This document shows, piece by piece, positions 8,662 to 17,510 of a DNA stretch of 64,000 bases; the stretch's first letter is position 1, and each line of letters begins with the position of its first letter. A model generated the notes under the pieces. The model saw only the letters and a list, made by a program, of their open reading frames with translations. It had not been told where the DNA came from and searched no databases. A program made the position numbers and the translations under genes. This stretch comes from Candidatus Falkowbacteria bacterium (GTDB taxonomy: Bacteria > Patescibacteriota > Patescibacteriia > Patescibacteriales > Patescibacteriaceae): NCBI GenBank assembly GCA_903897785.1, contig CAIUCZ010000030.1, positions 18,212-82,211 of the forward strand, in the 5' to 3' direction.

Positions 8662-10047
8662 ATGGATCTGACAAAAATCAAACGCGCGTATTTCATCGGC
8701 CTCAAAGGCGTGGGCATGACCATGCTGGCGCAATATTTGCATGGCCAGGGGATAAACATTTCCGGCTCGGACGTGGCCGAGGATTTTTCCACCACGGCCG
8801 AGACGTTACGCCGCATCGAGGCGACCATTTTCACTGATTTCAAGATCGGTCGGCTGGCCGGTTATGATTTGATTGTTTATAGCTCGGCTTATACGCCGGA
8901 AAAAAATGTGGAAGTGGCAGAAGCTCTAACGTCAAAAACAAAAACTTTGTCTTATGGAGAGGCCCTGGGCGAAGTGTTTAACCAACACTACGGCATTGCC
9001 GTCTGCGGTTCACACGGCAAGACGACGACGACCGCTTGGCTCGGCTATGTTTTGTGGGCCTCGGGCCTGGAGCCGAGCGTCATGGTCGGTTCGCGCGTGC
9101 CGCAGTTTTCCGGCGCGGCGCTGGTCGGCAAGTCTGATTTTTTAGTCATCGAGGCCGATGAATACCAAAACAAGCTGCAATATTTTGCGCCCAAAGCCAT
9201 CGTGTTAAACAATATTGATTTTGATCATCCGGATTTTTTTAGTGACGAGGCGGCTTATGCGCAAGTCTTTGTTGATTTTGTGGGCAAGCTGTCGGCCAAA
9301 GGTTGGCTGGTGGCTAATTTTGACGATGAGCAAGTGCGTAAAATTTCTGAAAGTTGCAAAGGCAAAGTGATTAGCTATGCCATCGATGCGGAAGCAGATT
9401 TGCGCGCCAGTCAGTTAAAAATCGAACAAGGCCGGCAATATTTTAAAGTCAGTTTAAATGACGAAGACCTGGGTGATTTCTCTTGCCAGTTATTGGGTAA
9501 GCATAATGTCTCCAATGCCTTGGCGGTCATTGCCGCCGGCATTGAGCTGGGCGTATCGTTGGTTAATCTGCGCACCCATCTGGGAAATTTCACCGGCACG
9601 GCGCGGCGTTTGGAAAAAGCCGGGACATACAACGGCGCCTTGATTTTTGATGATTATGCTCATCATCCGACAGAAATTAAAGCCAGCCTTGCCGCCGTGC
9701 GCCAGGCGTATCCGGACAAAAAAATCATGGTTGTTTTTCAAGCCCATACCTTTTCCCGCACGCGGGCATTTTTCAATGATTTTTTAAACAGTTTTGATTT
9801 GGCCGATGAAGTGCTGCTTTTGCCAATCTGGGGCTCGGCCCGCGAACAAGAAACCGAGGGCGAGAATTTGGCGCAAGATTTGGTGGAAAAAATGCGCTTG
9901 CTCAATGAAGAAAAAAGCGTCAGCTACGTTGACAACTTGGAAGAGGCGACCACTTATTTGCACGACAATTTGCACGAGGACGAGGTGGTGGTGCTGATGG
10001 GCGCGACGGATGTCTTTAGGATTAGGGAGAGTTTGCTCAAAAAGTAA
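8662..10047 (+). CDS. murC: UDP-N-acetylmuramate--L-alanine ligase
   Basis: IGLKGVGM, GSHGKTTTT, EADEY, DDYAHHPTEI. Confidence 0.96.
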   Translation: MDLTKIKRAYFIGLKGVGMTMLAQYLHGQGINISGSDVAEDFSTTAETLRRIEATIFTDFKIGRLAGYDLIVYSSAYTPEKNVEVAEALTSKTKTLSYGEALGEVFNQHYGIAVCGSHGKTTTTAWLGYVLWASGLEPSVMVGSRVPQFSGAALVGKSDFLVIEADEYQNKLQYFAPKAIVLNNIDFDHPDFFSDEAAYAQVFVDFVGKLSAKGWLVANFDDEQVRKISESCKGKVISYAIDAEADLRASQLKIEQGRQYFKVSLNDEDLGDFSCQLLGKHNVSNALAVIAAGIELGVSLVNLRTHLGNFTGTARRLEKAGTYNGALIFDDYAHHPTEIKASLAAVRQAYPDKKIMVVFQAHTFSRTRAFFNDFLNSFDLADEVLLLPIWGSAREQETEGENLAQDLVEKMRLLNEEKSVSYVDNLEEATTYLHDNLHEDEVVVLMGATDVFRIRESLLKK

Positions 10048-10053
10048 AATATT

Positions 10054-10175
10054 ATTAATGCGAAAAATGCGAATTGGCATGCGAATACCACGAATTGAAA
10101 CCGCAAAAAATGCGAATTCGAATTCGCGGCTTTCGCTATGCAATTTGCGGTATTCGCATTAATTCGTGGATTCGC
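10054..10175. repeat. Family E element (GCGAAT/ATTCGC arrays)
   Basis: About 9 mismatches in ~106 nt versus the copy at 61023 (hand alignment). Confidence 0.85.
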
Positions 10176-10212
10176 CAGATAAAAAAGACCGTTCAAAATA
10201 ATTTGCAACGGT

Positions 10213-10458
10213 CTACTCTAATAATTTAAACAAAAAATACGCGGTGGCAACGGCAATGGCGATTGGCGCTAAATTTAAATAGCGCTCGCGGATAAACCAT
10301 TTGGTCAGCAGCGGCTCAAAAAAATTATACAAATCTTGTTGTTCGTAAGATTTTTTGCGTTCAACTAGAATTTTTTTGATGCCGGTTTGTGCCAGATAGA
10401 TAAAACTGATCAGGCCGGCGGCAAAACTACAACTGAAAATAAAAATTAATTTTAACAT
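10213..10458 (-). CDS. Small membrane protein
   Basis: ATG overlaps upstream stop (TGATG); two hydrophobic segments. Confidence 0.6.
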   Translation of the reverse strand: MLKLIFIFSCSFAAGLISFIYLAQTGIKKILVERKKSYEQQDLYNFFEPLLTKWFIRERYLNLAPIAIAVATAYFLFKLLE

Positions 10459-10982
10459 CAGCGTCTCGGCGCAAAAAATAATAATCCGATAAGCAAAGAC
10501 CAAACGATAAAAATAATCGCCAGACTAAAGACAAAGGCATGGATCAGTTTGGCTTTGGTTTTTGGCCATTCGAGATGTTTCAAATCCCAAGCCGCATCGC
10601 TGTCAAAATTTTCTTTGCCGCACATAATTTCGGCCGCCAGCCGTTGATTTTTGCCAAACGACCGATTGAACAGCCAGAAAAAAAATAACAGCAAAAGCAT
10701 CAGTCCGACCAAACCGTAAACCAGCAATTCCGTTTGCCAAAAGTTGCCGAACAGCGGCGCGGCAAAAATCAATAACCAGCAAGCAAAAATCGCCAAACGA
10801 TTTTGTTTGATTGATCTTGGCAGCAGTTGAGCCATGTCGGTAAAAATATAGCCGGCACGATAAGATTTGCGAAAAGTCAAAAAATTCTTTAAGCTGTAAA
10901 ATAGCAAGATGGCACTAAATAACGCCAACAAGCCGGTGGCGATGAGCGGTAAAGCCAAACAGGCGGCAATCAGATTAATCAT
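10458..10982 (-). CDS. Orphan membrane protein
   Basis: GGAG SD, 4 TM-like segments. Confidence 0.65.
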   Translation of the reverse strand: MINLIAACLALPLIATGLLALFSAILLFYSLKNFLTFRKSYRAGYIFTDMAQLLPRSIKQNRLAIFACWLLIFAAPLFGNFWQTELLVYGLVGLMLLLLFFFWLFNRSFGKNQRLAAEIMCGKENFDSDAAWDLKHLEWPKTKAKLIHAFVFSLAIIFIVWSLLIGLLFFAPRR

Positions 10983-11043
10983 GGTTAAGCTCCAAAATAG
11001 TTAACAAAAGAACTGCCTTGATTTTAGCCACAAAATTAAACAT

Positions 11044-11982
11044 ATGTCAATCAAGATTCAAGAACAAGTGCCTTTAGCCGGTCTGACCTCGTTTCAGGTC
11101 GGCGGCCCGGCCAGATATCTGGTCGAAGTCTCGACGCCCGATGAAGTTGATGAAGCTTTGCAATTTGCCAAAGAAAAAGCTTTGCCGATTTTTATTTTGG
11201 GCGGTGGCAGTAATTTGCTGGTCAGCGACAACGGTTTTACCGGTGTGGTCATCAAGCCGATCGCTCGAGAAGTTAAAATTGAAAATAATCAGATTGTCGC
11301 CGGCGCTGGCGTCGCCTTGGTGAAATTAGTTTTGGCGGCGGCCGAACATGGTTTCTCCGGCCTGGAGTGGGCGATGGGCATTCCGGGCACGATTGGCGGC
11401 GCGGTTTGCGGCAACGCCGGGGCTTATGGCTCATCAATTGATAAAAATGTATCACGCGTCACGGCGATTAATCTTGTTTCCGGAGAGATCAAAGATTTTT
11501 TGGTTGGTGAATGCGGCTTTGCTTATCGTTCCAGTTTTTTTAAACAAACTGGTGAGTGGTTGATCTGGCAAGCGGTATTGAATTTACAACCGGGTAAGCC
11601 AGAAGAAATTAAAGCTTTAGGCAAAAAATATTTGGACGATCGAATGAGCCATCAGCCAAAATTGCCGTCGGCCGGTTGCTTTTTTAAGAATTTTACCATG
11701 GAGCAATTAACCGCCACCAATCCGGAGCTGGTTAAACAAGAAGCGGTGCAAGGCGCGAGCAAGGGCGGCAAGCTGGGCTGTGGCTTTTTGCTGGAGCGGT
11801 TGGGCGTCAAAGGCATGCACGTCGGCGGCGCGACCGTCAGCCCACTGCATGCTAATTTTATTGTTAATGAAAATCATGCCACGGCCGAGGACATTAAAAC
11901 CCTGGCCGAAGAGATTAAGGCTAAAGCGCAAAAAGAATTAAGCGTAACGTTAGCGGAAGAAGTAAGAATGGTCGGATTTTAG
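11044..11982 (+). CDS. murB: UDP-N-acetylenolpyruvoylglucosamine reductase
   Basis: GGGSNLL, GIPGTIGGAVCGNAGAYG, SAGCFFKN, HANFIVN. Confidence 0.96.
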   Translation: MSIKIQEQVPLAGLTSFQVGGPARYLVEVSTPDEVDEALQFAKEKALPIFILGGGSNLLVSDNGFTGVVIKPIAREVKIENNQIVAGAGVALVKLVLAAAEHGFSGLEWAMGIPGTIGGAVCGNAGAYGSSIDKNVSRVTAINLVSGEIKDFLVGECGFAYRSSFFKQTGEWLIWQAVLNLQPGKPEEIKALGKKYLDDRMSHQPKLPSAGCFFKNFTMEQLTATNPELVKQEAVQGASKGGKLGCGFLLERLGVKGMHVGGATVSPLHANFIVNENHATAEDIKTLAEEIKAKAQKELSVTLAEEVRMVGF

Positions 11983-12000
11983 AATGGAAGAAATAGTACG

Positions 12001-12068
12001 GTCATTCCCGCGTATGCGGGAATCTTTTTGCTATTACACCACGAGATTCCCGCATACGCGGGAATGAC
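12001..12068. repeat. Family A REP-doublet, perfect inverted arms
   Basis: GTCATTCCCGCGTATGCGGGAATCT...AGATTCCCGCATACGCGGGAATGAC. Confidence 0.9.
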
Positions 12069-12145
12069 GCTGATTTTTTCGATTGACCAACTCCGCACAA
12101 CCTGCTAAAGTATAATCAGTTTAGAAGAAACTAATCTTGTTTTTT

Positions 12146-13963
12146 ATGTCCAAAAAGAAAAAAAAGTGGTTGTATATCGGTGCGGCAATAATCATTGTGC
12201 TTGGCGCCTATTTTTGGTTAAAACCAAAGAAAACCGCGACTTATACGACAATGGCGGCCGCCCGCGGACCGCTGACCCAGACTGTCAGCGAAACCGGCAC
12301 GATCACGCCTTTGCATGAAATCGACCTTAATTTTCAAAACAGCGGCACCCTGGCCAAACTTGATGTCAAAGTGGGCGACAAAGTCAAAGCCGGACAGGTT
12401 TTGGCCGAGTTAAATTATTCCGGTTTGGCGATTCAGCGAGAGCAAGCCGCGGCGCAAGTGGCGGTCAGCCAGGCCGGTGCCGGCCAAGCGCAAGGCAATT
12501 ACGACACGGCCGTCAAAAATTTGGCCAAATTTAAATTAACAACCCAGCAAAATATCGATCAGCTCGCCAGAACGCTTGACGATTTAAACTCCAAAGACTC
12601 GGCGGCGCAAACCACGCAAGCGCAAAACATTGTCCAAGCGCAAACCGCTCTGGATAATTCTCAAAAAAACGGCCAAAACGCGATTGACGACGCGGCCGGT
12701 TCTTTGGCCACTGACCTGAATAACAAATTTCCGGTCGGTACCACGGCTTTGGATGCGATTAATAAACTATTAAACGACAACGGCGCAAAAAATAATTTGG
12801 GCGCTTTGGATGCCAGCAGTTTAAATCGTACAAATGATAATTATGGCGCGGCCAACAATGCCTTAACCAAAGCGTTAGTCGCGGTTTCCGCGGCTCAAGG
12901 CGCCAACGACAACGCGCAAATTGTCGCGGCCTATAATCAACTGCTCGATGCGCTCAATAAAACCTTGGTGGCACTTAACTCCAGCTATTATCTGTTGCAA
13001 AATTCCATTATTTCCAGTAGTTTTTCTCAAACTTCGCTTGACGGTTATAAAACCGGCATCAACGCGCAAATCTCTAGCGTGACCGTAGCCATTGCCGAAT
13101 TGCAAGGCAGGAAGCAAGCTTATGACGGCGCGGTTCTGGCTTTGAGTTCTAATGTGGCCGCCGCCCAGCAAGCTTTGACCCAAGCTCGGCTTGGTTTATC
13201 GACCAACGTTAAAAGCACGCAAGACGCGCTGACTGCTGCCAAATTGAGCCAGAGCCAGCAGTTAAACACGGCTCAAGGCCAGGTGGATGCCGCGGCTAAA
13301 GCGCTGGCCATTGCCAAAGCGCAAGTTTTATCCGCGCAAGTCGGCGTCGATGTCGTCAAAAATCAAATTAGCAATAGTTTATTGACCGCGCCTTTGGACG
13401 GCATTATCGCCAAATCAAATTACGAAATCGGCGAGCAGGTGACGGCTATGAACGCGGCCAAACCGATTTTTACTTTGGATACGACCAACGCTTATGAAAT
13501 CGATTTGGATGTGGCGGAAACCGATGTCAACAAAATTAAATTAAATCAAGAAGCCGATGTCACGTTTGACGCTTTTGGCAACAGCAAAACTTTCAAAGGC
13601 CAAGTTTATTTTATCGAACCGGCTTCGACGATTATTGCCGGCGTGACTTATTATCAAGTCAAAGTCAGTTTGACTGATGCCAATTTTGCCACCGCCGCTT
13701 CAACTACGGCCACGTCAACCGATTTAATTAAGCCGGGCATGACCGCCAATGTGGTGATTACCACCGCTCAAAAAGATAATGTTTTGGCCGTACCGTTGCG
13801 CGCCTTGATCGACAAGAGCGGTTCCAAATTTTTAAATTTATTGGTTAACGGCCGGAGTGTGGAAACGCCGGTCAGCGTCGGCATTAGCGGCGACAACGGC
13901 ATGGTGGAAATTTTATCAGGATTAAACGCTGGCGATAATGTGATCACCTTTACTTCGAATTAG
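12146..13963 (+). CDS. MacA-like efflux adaptor subunit with long coiled coil
   Basis: N-terminal TM, VKVGDKVKAGQVLA lipoyl motif, APLDGII, IKPGMTA, EILSGL. Confidence 0.88.
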   Translation: MSKKKKKWLYIGAAIIIVLGAYFWLKPKKTATYTTMAAARGPLTQTVSETGTITPLHEIDLNFQNSGTLAKLDVKVGDKVKAGQVLAELNYSGLAIQREQAAAQVAVSQAGAGQAQGNYDTAVKNLAKFKLTTQQNIDQLARTLDDLNSKDSAAQTTQAQNIVQAQTALDNSQKNGQNAIDDAAGSLATDLNNKFPVGTTALDAINKLLNDNGAKNNLGALDASSLNRTNDNYGAANNALTKALVAVSAAQGANDNAQIVAAYNQLLDALNKTLVALNSSYYLLQNSIISSSFSQTSLDGYKTGINAQISSVTVAIAELQGRKQAYDGAVLALSSNVAAAQQALTQARLGLSTNVKSTQDALTAAKLSQSQQLNTAQGQVDAAAKALAIAKAQVLSAQVGVDVVKNQISNSLLTAPLDGIIAKSNYEIGEQVTAMNAAKPIFTLDTTNAYEIDLDVAETDVNKIKLNQEADVTFDAFGNSKTFKGQVYFIEPASTIIAGVTYYQVKVSLTDANFATAASTTATSTDLIKPGMTANVVITTAQKDNVLAVPLRALIDKSGSKFLNLLVNGRSVETPVSVGISGDNGMVEILSGLNAGDNVITFTSN

Positions 13964-13975
13964 CCTGCAAAGCAA

Positions 13976-14002
13976 AGAGACGCAAAATCTTGCGTCTCTA
14001 CA
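13976..14002. repeat. Family G GTAG-type REP
   Basis: AGAGACGCAAAATCTTGCGTCTCTACA, core identical to copy at 49649. Confidence 0.8.
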
Positions 14003-14007
14003 AATCC

Positions 14008-14730
14008 ATGCCTCTCATTGAACTCAAAAATCTGGACAAAGAATACCGCAATGACGAAGTGGTCACCAAGGTGTTGTTTGATATTACTTTTTCCATTGGC
14101 AAAGGCGAGTTTGTCTCGATCATGGGTCCGTCCGGTTCGGGCAAATCAACCTTGATGCACATTTTGGGCTTTTTGGATCGCGCCACCGGCGGCAGTTATC
14201 ATTTTGAAGGCAAAAAAGTGGCCATGCTGTCCGATGACGAGCTGGCGCGCTTGCGCAATGAACAAATCGGTTTTGTCTTTCAAGCCTTTAATCTCTTGCC
14301 GCGCACCAGCGTCTTGGACAACGTCGCTTTACCTTTGACTTATGTGCGCAAATTGGAATGGCCGAGCATCAATGCCCGCGCCGAGCAAGTTCTGACCAGC
14401 GTTGGCCTGGGGCATCGTTTAAATTATTTTACTAATCAAATCTCCGGCGGCGAAAAACAGCGGGTGGCGATTGCCCGCGCTTTAGTCAATAATCCGGCGG
14501 TGATTTTTGCCGACGAGCCGACCGGCAACTTGGATTCGGTGTCCGGTGTCCAGGTGATGGAGATTTTACAAAAACTAAACGACGAAGGCCACACGATTAT
14601 TTTAGTGACGCATGAAACGTTTACTTCTGAATATGCCAAGCGCATTATTCATGTCAGAGACGGCCGAATTATCAGCGATGAGCCGGTCAAGCATCGAAGA
14701 GTGGCGAAGGATGGGCAAAAGTTGAAGTAG
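14008..14730 (+). CDS. ABC transporter ATP-binding protein (MacB/LolD type)
   Basis: GPSGSGKST, ISGGEKQRVAIARAL, ADEPTGNLD. Confidence 0.95.
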   Translation: MPLIELKNLDKEYRNDEVVTKVLFDITFSIGKGEFVSIMGPSGSGKSTLMHILGFLDRATGGSYHFEGKKVAMLSDDELARLRNEQIGFVFQAFNLLPRTSVLDNVALPLTYVRKLEWPSINARAEQVLTSVGLGHRLNYFTNQISGGEKQRVAIARALVNNPAVIFADEPTGNLDSVSGVQVMEILQKLNDEGHTIILVTHETFTSEYAKRIIHVRDGRIISDEPVKHRRVAKDGQKLK

Positions 14731-14794
14731 AATCTGGAATTTAGAATTTGGAATTCGTATTTTCCAGATTCCAGATTCCAGATTCTAAATTCCA
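14728..14794. repeat. Family C heptamer hairpin (TGGAATY / RATTCCA)
   Basis: TAGAATCTGGAATTTAGAATTTGGAAT...TTCCAGATTCCAGATTCCAGATTCTAAATTCCA. Confidence 0.85.
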
Positions 14795-14797
14795 TTT

Positions 14798-16057
14798 ATG
14801 ATGTCCCTCAATTATTACAAATCTCTAATCCTGGCGGCGTGGCGCGGCCTCCTAGCCAACAAACGCCGCAGTTTGCTGACCGCCTTGGGCGTGATTATCG
14901 GCGTGGCGGCCGTGGTGACGATTGTCGCCATCGGCAACGGGGCGCAAGCTTTGATTTTGTCCGAAGTGCAATCGTTCGGCTCCAATTTGATTGGCGTTTT
15001 GCCGGGCAAATCAGAAACCACCGGTCCGCCGGCGTCTGTGTTTGGCGTGACGATTACGACATTAACGACAGCCGATGCCGAAGCCATGGCCGACAAAAAA
15101 AATCTGCCGCACGTCAAATCGGTTGCGCCGTTTGCCCAAGGGGCCGGGACGCTCAACTGGCAAGGCGTCACGTATAGCACCAACCTGTCCGGCACCGGCG
15201 TCGATTATATTGCCACCGAAGGCGGCAATTTGGCGACCGGGCGTTGGTTCACGGCCGACGAAGACAGCGCGTTGGCGCGCGTGGTAATTTTGGGCGATAC
15301 GGCGCGGACACAGTTGTTTGGCAACAGCGATCCGCTGGGCCAGCAAATAAAAATCGGCAATGCTTTTTTTCAGGTGATCGGCACGATGCAAAAAAAAGGC
15401 AGTTCCGGCACGATGGATGTGGATGATCGCGTATTCTTGCCCGTTCAAACTATGCAAAAAATAATTTCCGGCACCAATTATCTGGGTTTGATTCATATGC
15501 AAGTCGATGACAGCAAAAATATCAACCAAACTATTACCGATTTAACAAACTTGTTGCGCGCTCGCCATAACATTACCGATCAATCCGGCAACAGCGATGA
15601 TTTTTCCGTGCGCAGCGGCGCTCAAGCGATTAGTATTTTAACGACGATTACCGACGCCTTGAAATATTTCTTGGCCGCCATGGCCGCTTTGTCGCTCTTG
15701 GTTGGCGGCATCGGCATTATGAATATCATGTTGATTCGCGTCACCGAACGCACCCGTGAAATCGGCTTGCGCAAAGCGGTCGGCGCGCGCTATCAAGACA
15801 TTTTGAGCCAATTTTTAACCGAAGCTACCGTCTTGACTTTGTCCGGCGGCGTCATCGGTATCATTGTCGGTATCGGCATGTCTTGGTTGGTGTCGGTGGT
15901 GGCGACTTACCTTGATTACACTTGGCCGTTGGTGATTTCAGCTTGGTCGATTGTCATTGCCGTAGCTGTTTCCACTTCCATCGGTTTAATTTTTGGTCTA
16001 TACCCGGCGCGCAAAGCCGCCAGATTGGATCCGATTGAAGCTTTACGTTATGAATAA
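14798..16057 (+). CDS. MacB-family ABC permease
   Basis: RSLLTALGVIIG, GGIGIMNIML..VTERTREIGLRKAVGA, PARKAARLDPIEALRYE. Confidence 0.95.
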   Translation: MMSLNYYKSLILAAWRGLLANKRRSLLTALGVIIGVAAVVTIVAIGNGAQALILSEVQSFGSNLIGVLPGKSETTGPPASVFGVTITTLTTADAEAMADKKNLPHVKSVAPFAQGAGTLNWQGVTYSTNLSGTGVDYIATEGGNLATGRWFTADEDSALARVVILGDTARTQLFGNSDPLGQQIKIGNAFFQVIGTMQKKGSSGTMDVDDRVFLPVQTMQKIISGTNYLGLIHMQVDDSKNINQTITDLTNLLRARHNITDQSGNSDDFSVRSGAQAISILTTITDALKYFLAAMAALSLLVGGIGIMNIMLIRVTERTREIGLRKAVGARYQDILSQFLTEATVLTLSGGVIGIIVGIGMSWLVSVVATYLDYTWPLVISAWSIVIAVAVSTSIGLIFGLYPARKAARLDPIEALRYE

Positions 16058-17327
16058 ATTTTTTAAACCGATTTGGCATTATTTGCAAGGCTCGGTCCGC
16101 GCTCTGCGCGCCAACAAAACCAGAACGATGTTAACGATTCTGGGTATTGTGATCGGCATTGCCACGGTAATTATTGTTTATTCGGCCGGCGAGGGGACGA
16201 AGAGTTTGATCTTGAATCAAATCTCCAGCTTTGGTACGGATATTATTTCTATCCAAGTCAAAGTGCCTAACGGTTTGTCCGGTCAAGCCGGCCGTGCCAA
16301 ATCGGCAACGGCTCTGGCACAAGGCGTGCAGATCACCACCATGGGCTTGGGGGATCTGACGGCGATTAAAAAATTACCAAACGTTATCAACGCTTATGCC
16401 GCGGTCATCAATCAAGATCAAGTCAGTTATCAAAATCAACTGCGCCGCACTTTTTTGATGGGCACCAGCGCCAGCTATTTAGCAATCAATAAGACCCAAT
16501 TAGCGGAAGGTAATTGGTTTAGCGAGGATCAAGACCAAGGTTTTAACAATGTGGTGGTGCTTGGTTCGTCGATCGCTAATAAATTATTCGGCCAGGACGA
16601 TCCGTTGAATAAATACATCACCGTGCATCAACAGAAATTTTTGGTCATCGGCGTCTTAAAATCGGCCGGCGCCGTGGCGTTTATTAATTTTGATGATTTT
16701 TTATACGTGCCGGTGCGCACTTTGCAAAAAAAATTAATGGGCATCAATCATGTTTCGATGATGGTGGCCGAAGTGCAAACTATGGCCTTGGCTGATCAAA
16801 CCGCCGCCGATATCACGGCCACCTTGCGCGCGCGCCACAACATTGACGATCAGACCGGCGGCAAAGACGATTTTTCCGTGGTGACCATGGCCGAAGCCAT
16901 GAAAAATTTAGACACTATTACCAACGCCTTAACCTTTTTACTCTTGGGCATTGTCGCCATTTCTTTGGTGGTCGGCGGCGTCGGCATTATGAATATTATG
17001 TATGTCGCCGTCACCGAGCGCACGGCCGAGATCGGTTTGCGCAAAGCGGTCGGCGCCACTTATAGCGCCATTCTGACGCAATTTTTGGTGGAAGCGATTC
17101 TGATTACCGTTTTGGGTGGCATCATCGGCATTGCCGTCGGCATCGGCGTCTCATTTTTAATTTCTTTGGCCGCCCAGTGGTATGGCCTCGACTGGACTTT
17201 TGTTTTGCCGGCTCAAGGTTTTGCCGTGTCTTTGATTTTTTCTTTTGCCTGCGGCTTGGTCTTTGGCGTTTATCCGGCACGAACGGCGGCGCGGCTGGAC
17301 CCGGTGGAGGCATTGCGCAACGAATAA
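16050..17327 (+). CDS. MacB-family ABC permease (paralog 2)
   Basis: Same motifs; ATG overlaps end of the previous gene. Confidence 0.95.
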   Translation: MNKFFKPIWHYLQGSVRALRANKTRTMLTILGIVIGIATVIIVYSAGEGTKSLILNQISSFGTDIISIQVKVPNGLSGQAGRAKSATALAQGVQITTMGLGDLTAIKKLPNVINAYAAVINQDQVSYQNQLRRTFLMGTSASYLAINKTQLAEGNWFSEDQDQGFNNVVVLGSSIANKLFGQDDPLNKYITVHQQKFLVIGVLKSAGAVAFINFDDFLYVPVRTLQKKLMGINHVSMMVAEVQTMALADQTAADITATLRARHNIDDQTGGKDDFSVVTMAEAMKNLDTITNALTFLLLGIVAISLVVGGVGIMNIMYVAVTERTAEIGLRKAVGATYSAILTQFLVEAILITVLGGIIGIAVGIGVSFLISLAAQWYGLDWTFVLPAQGFAVSLIFSFACGLVFGVYPARTAARLDPVEALRNE

Positions 17328-17361
17328 AAAGCATAACGCATAGCATGGAACACGTAACACA

Positions 17362-17441
17362 GAGTTAAAAGTTGAAAGTTATAAAGTTCATAAAGTCAAA
17401 ATTCACTTTATGGACTTTTAACTTTATGAACTTTATAGCTC
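17362..17441. repeat. Family B hairpin (AAAGTT(C)AT / AT(G)AACTTT arrays)
   Basis: GTTAAAAGTTGAAAGTTATAAAGTTCATAAAG...CTTTTAACTTTATGAACTTTAT; flanked by another weak repeat pair 17330-17457. Confidence 0.85.
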
Positions 17442-17510
17442 ACGTATCATGTTGCGCATTTTCTTGTTTTCCGCTATAATAATACTAACTTTAAGCTATA
17501 ATTTTTTGTT

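Noticed and set aside
10213..10982. Frameshifted single membrane gene
   Set aside because: The second ORF has an ATG overlapping the first stop (TGATG), so two coupled genes is the simpler reading.
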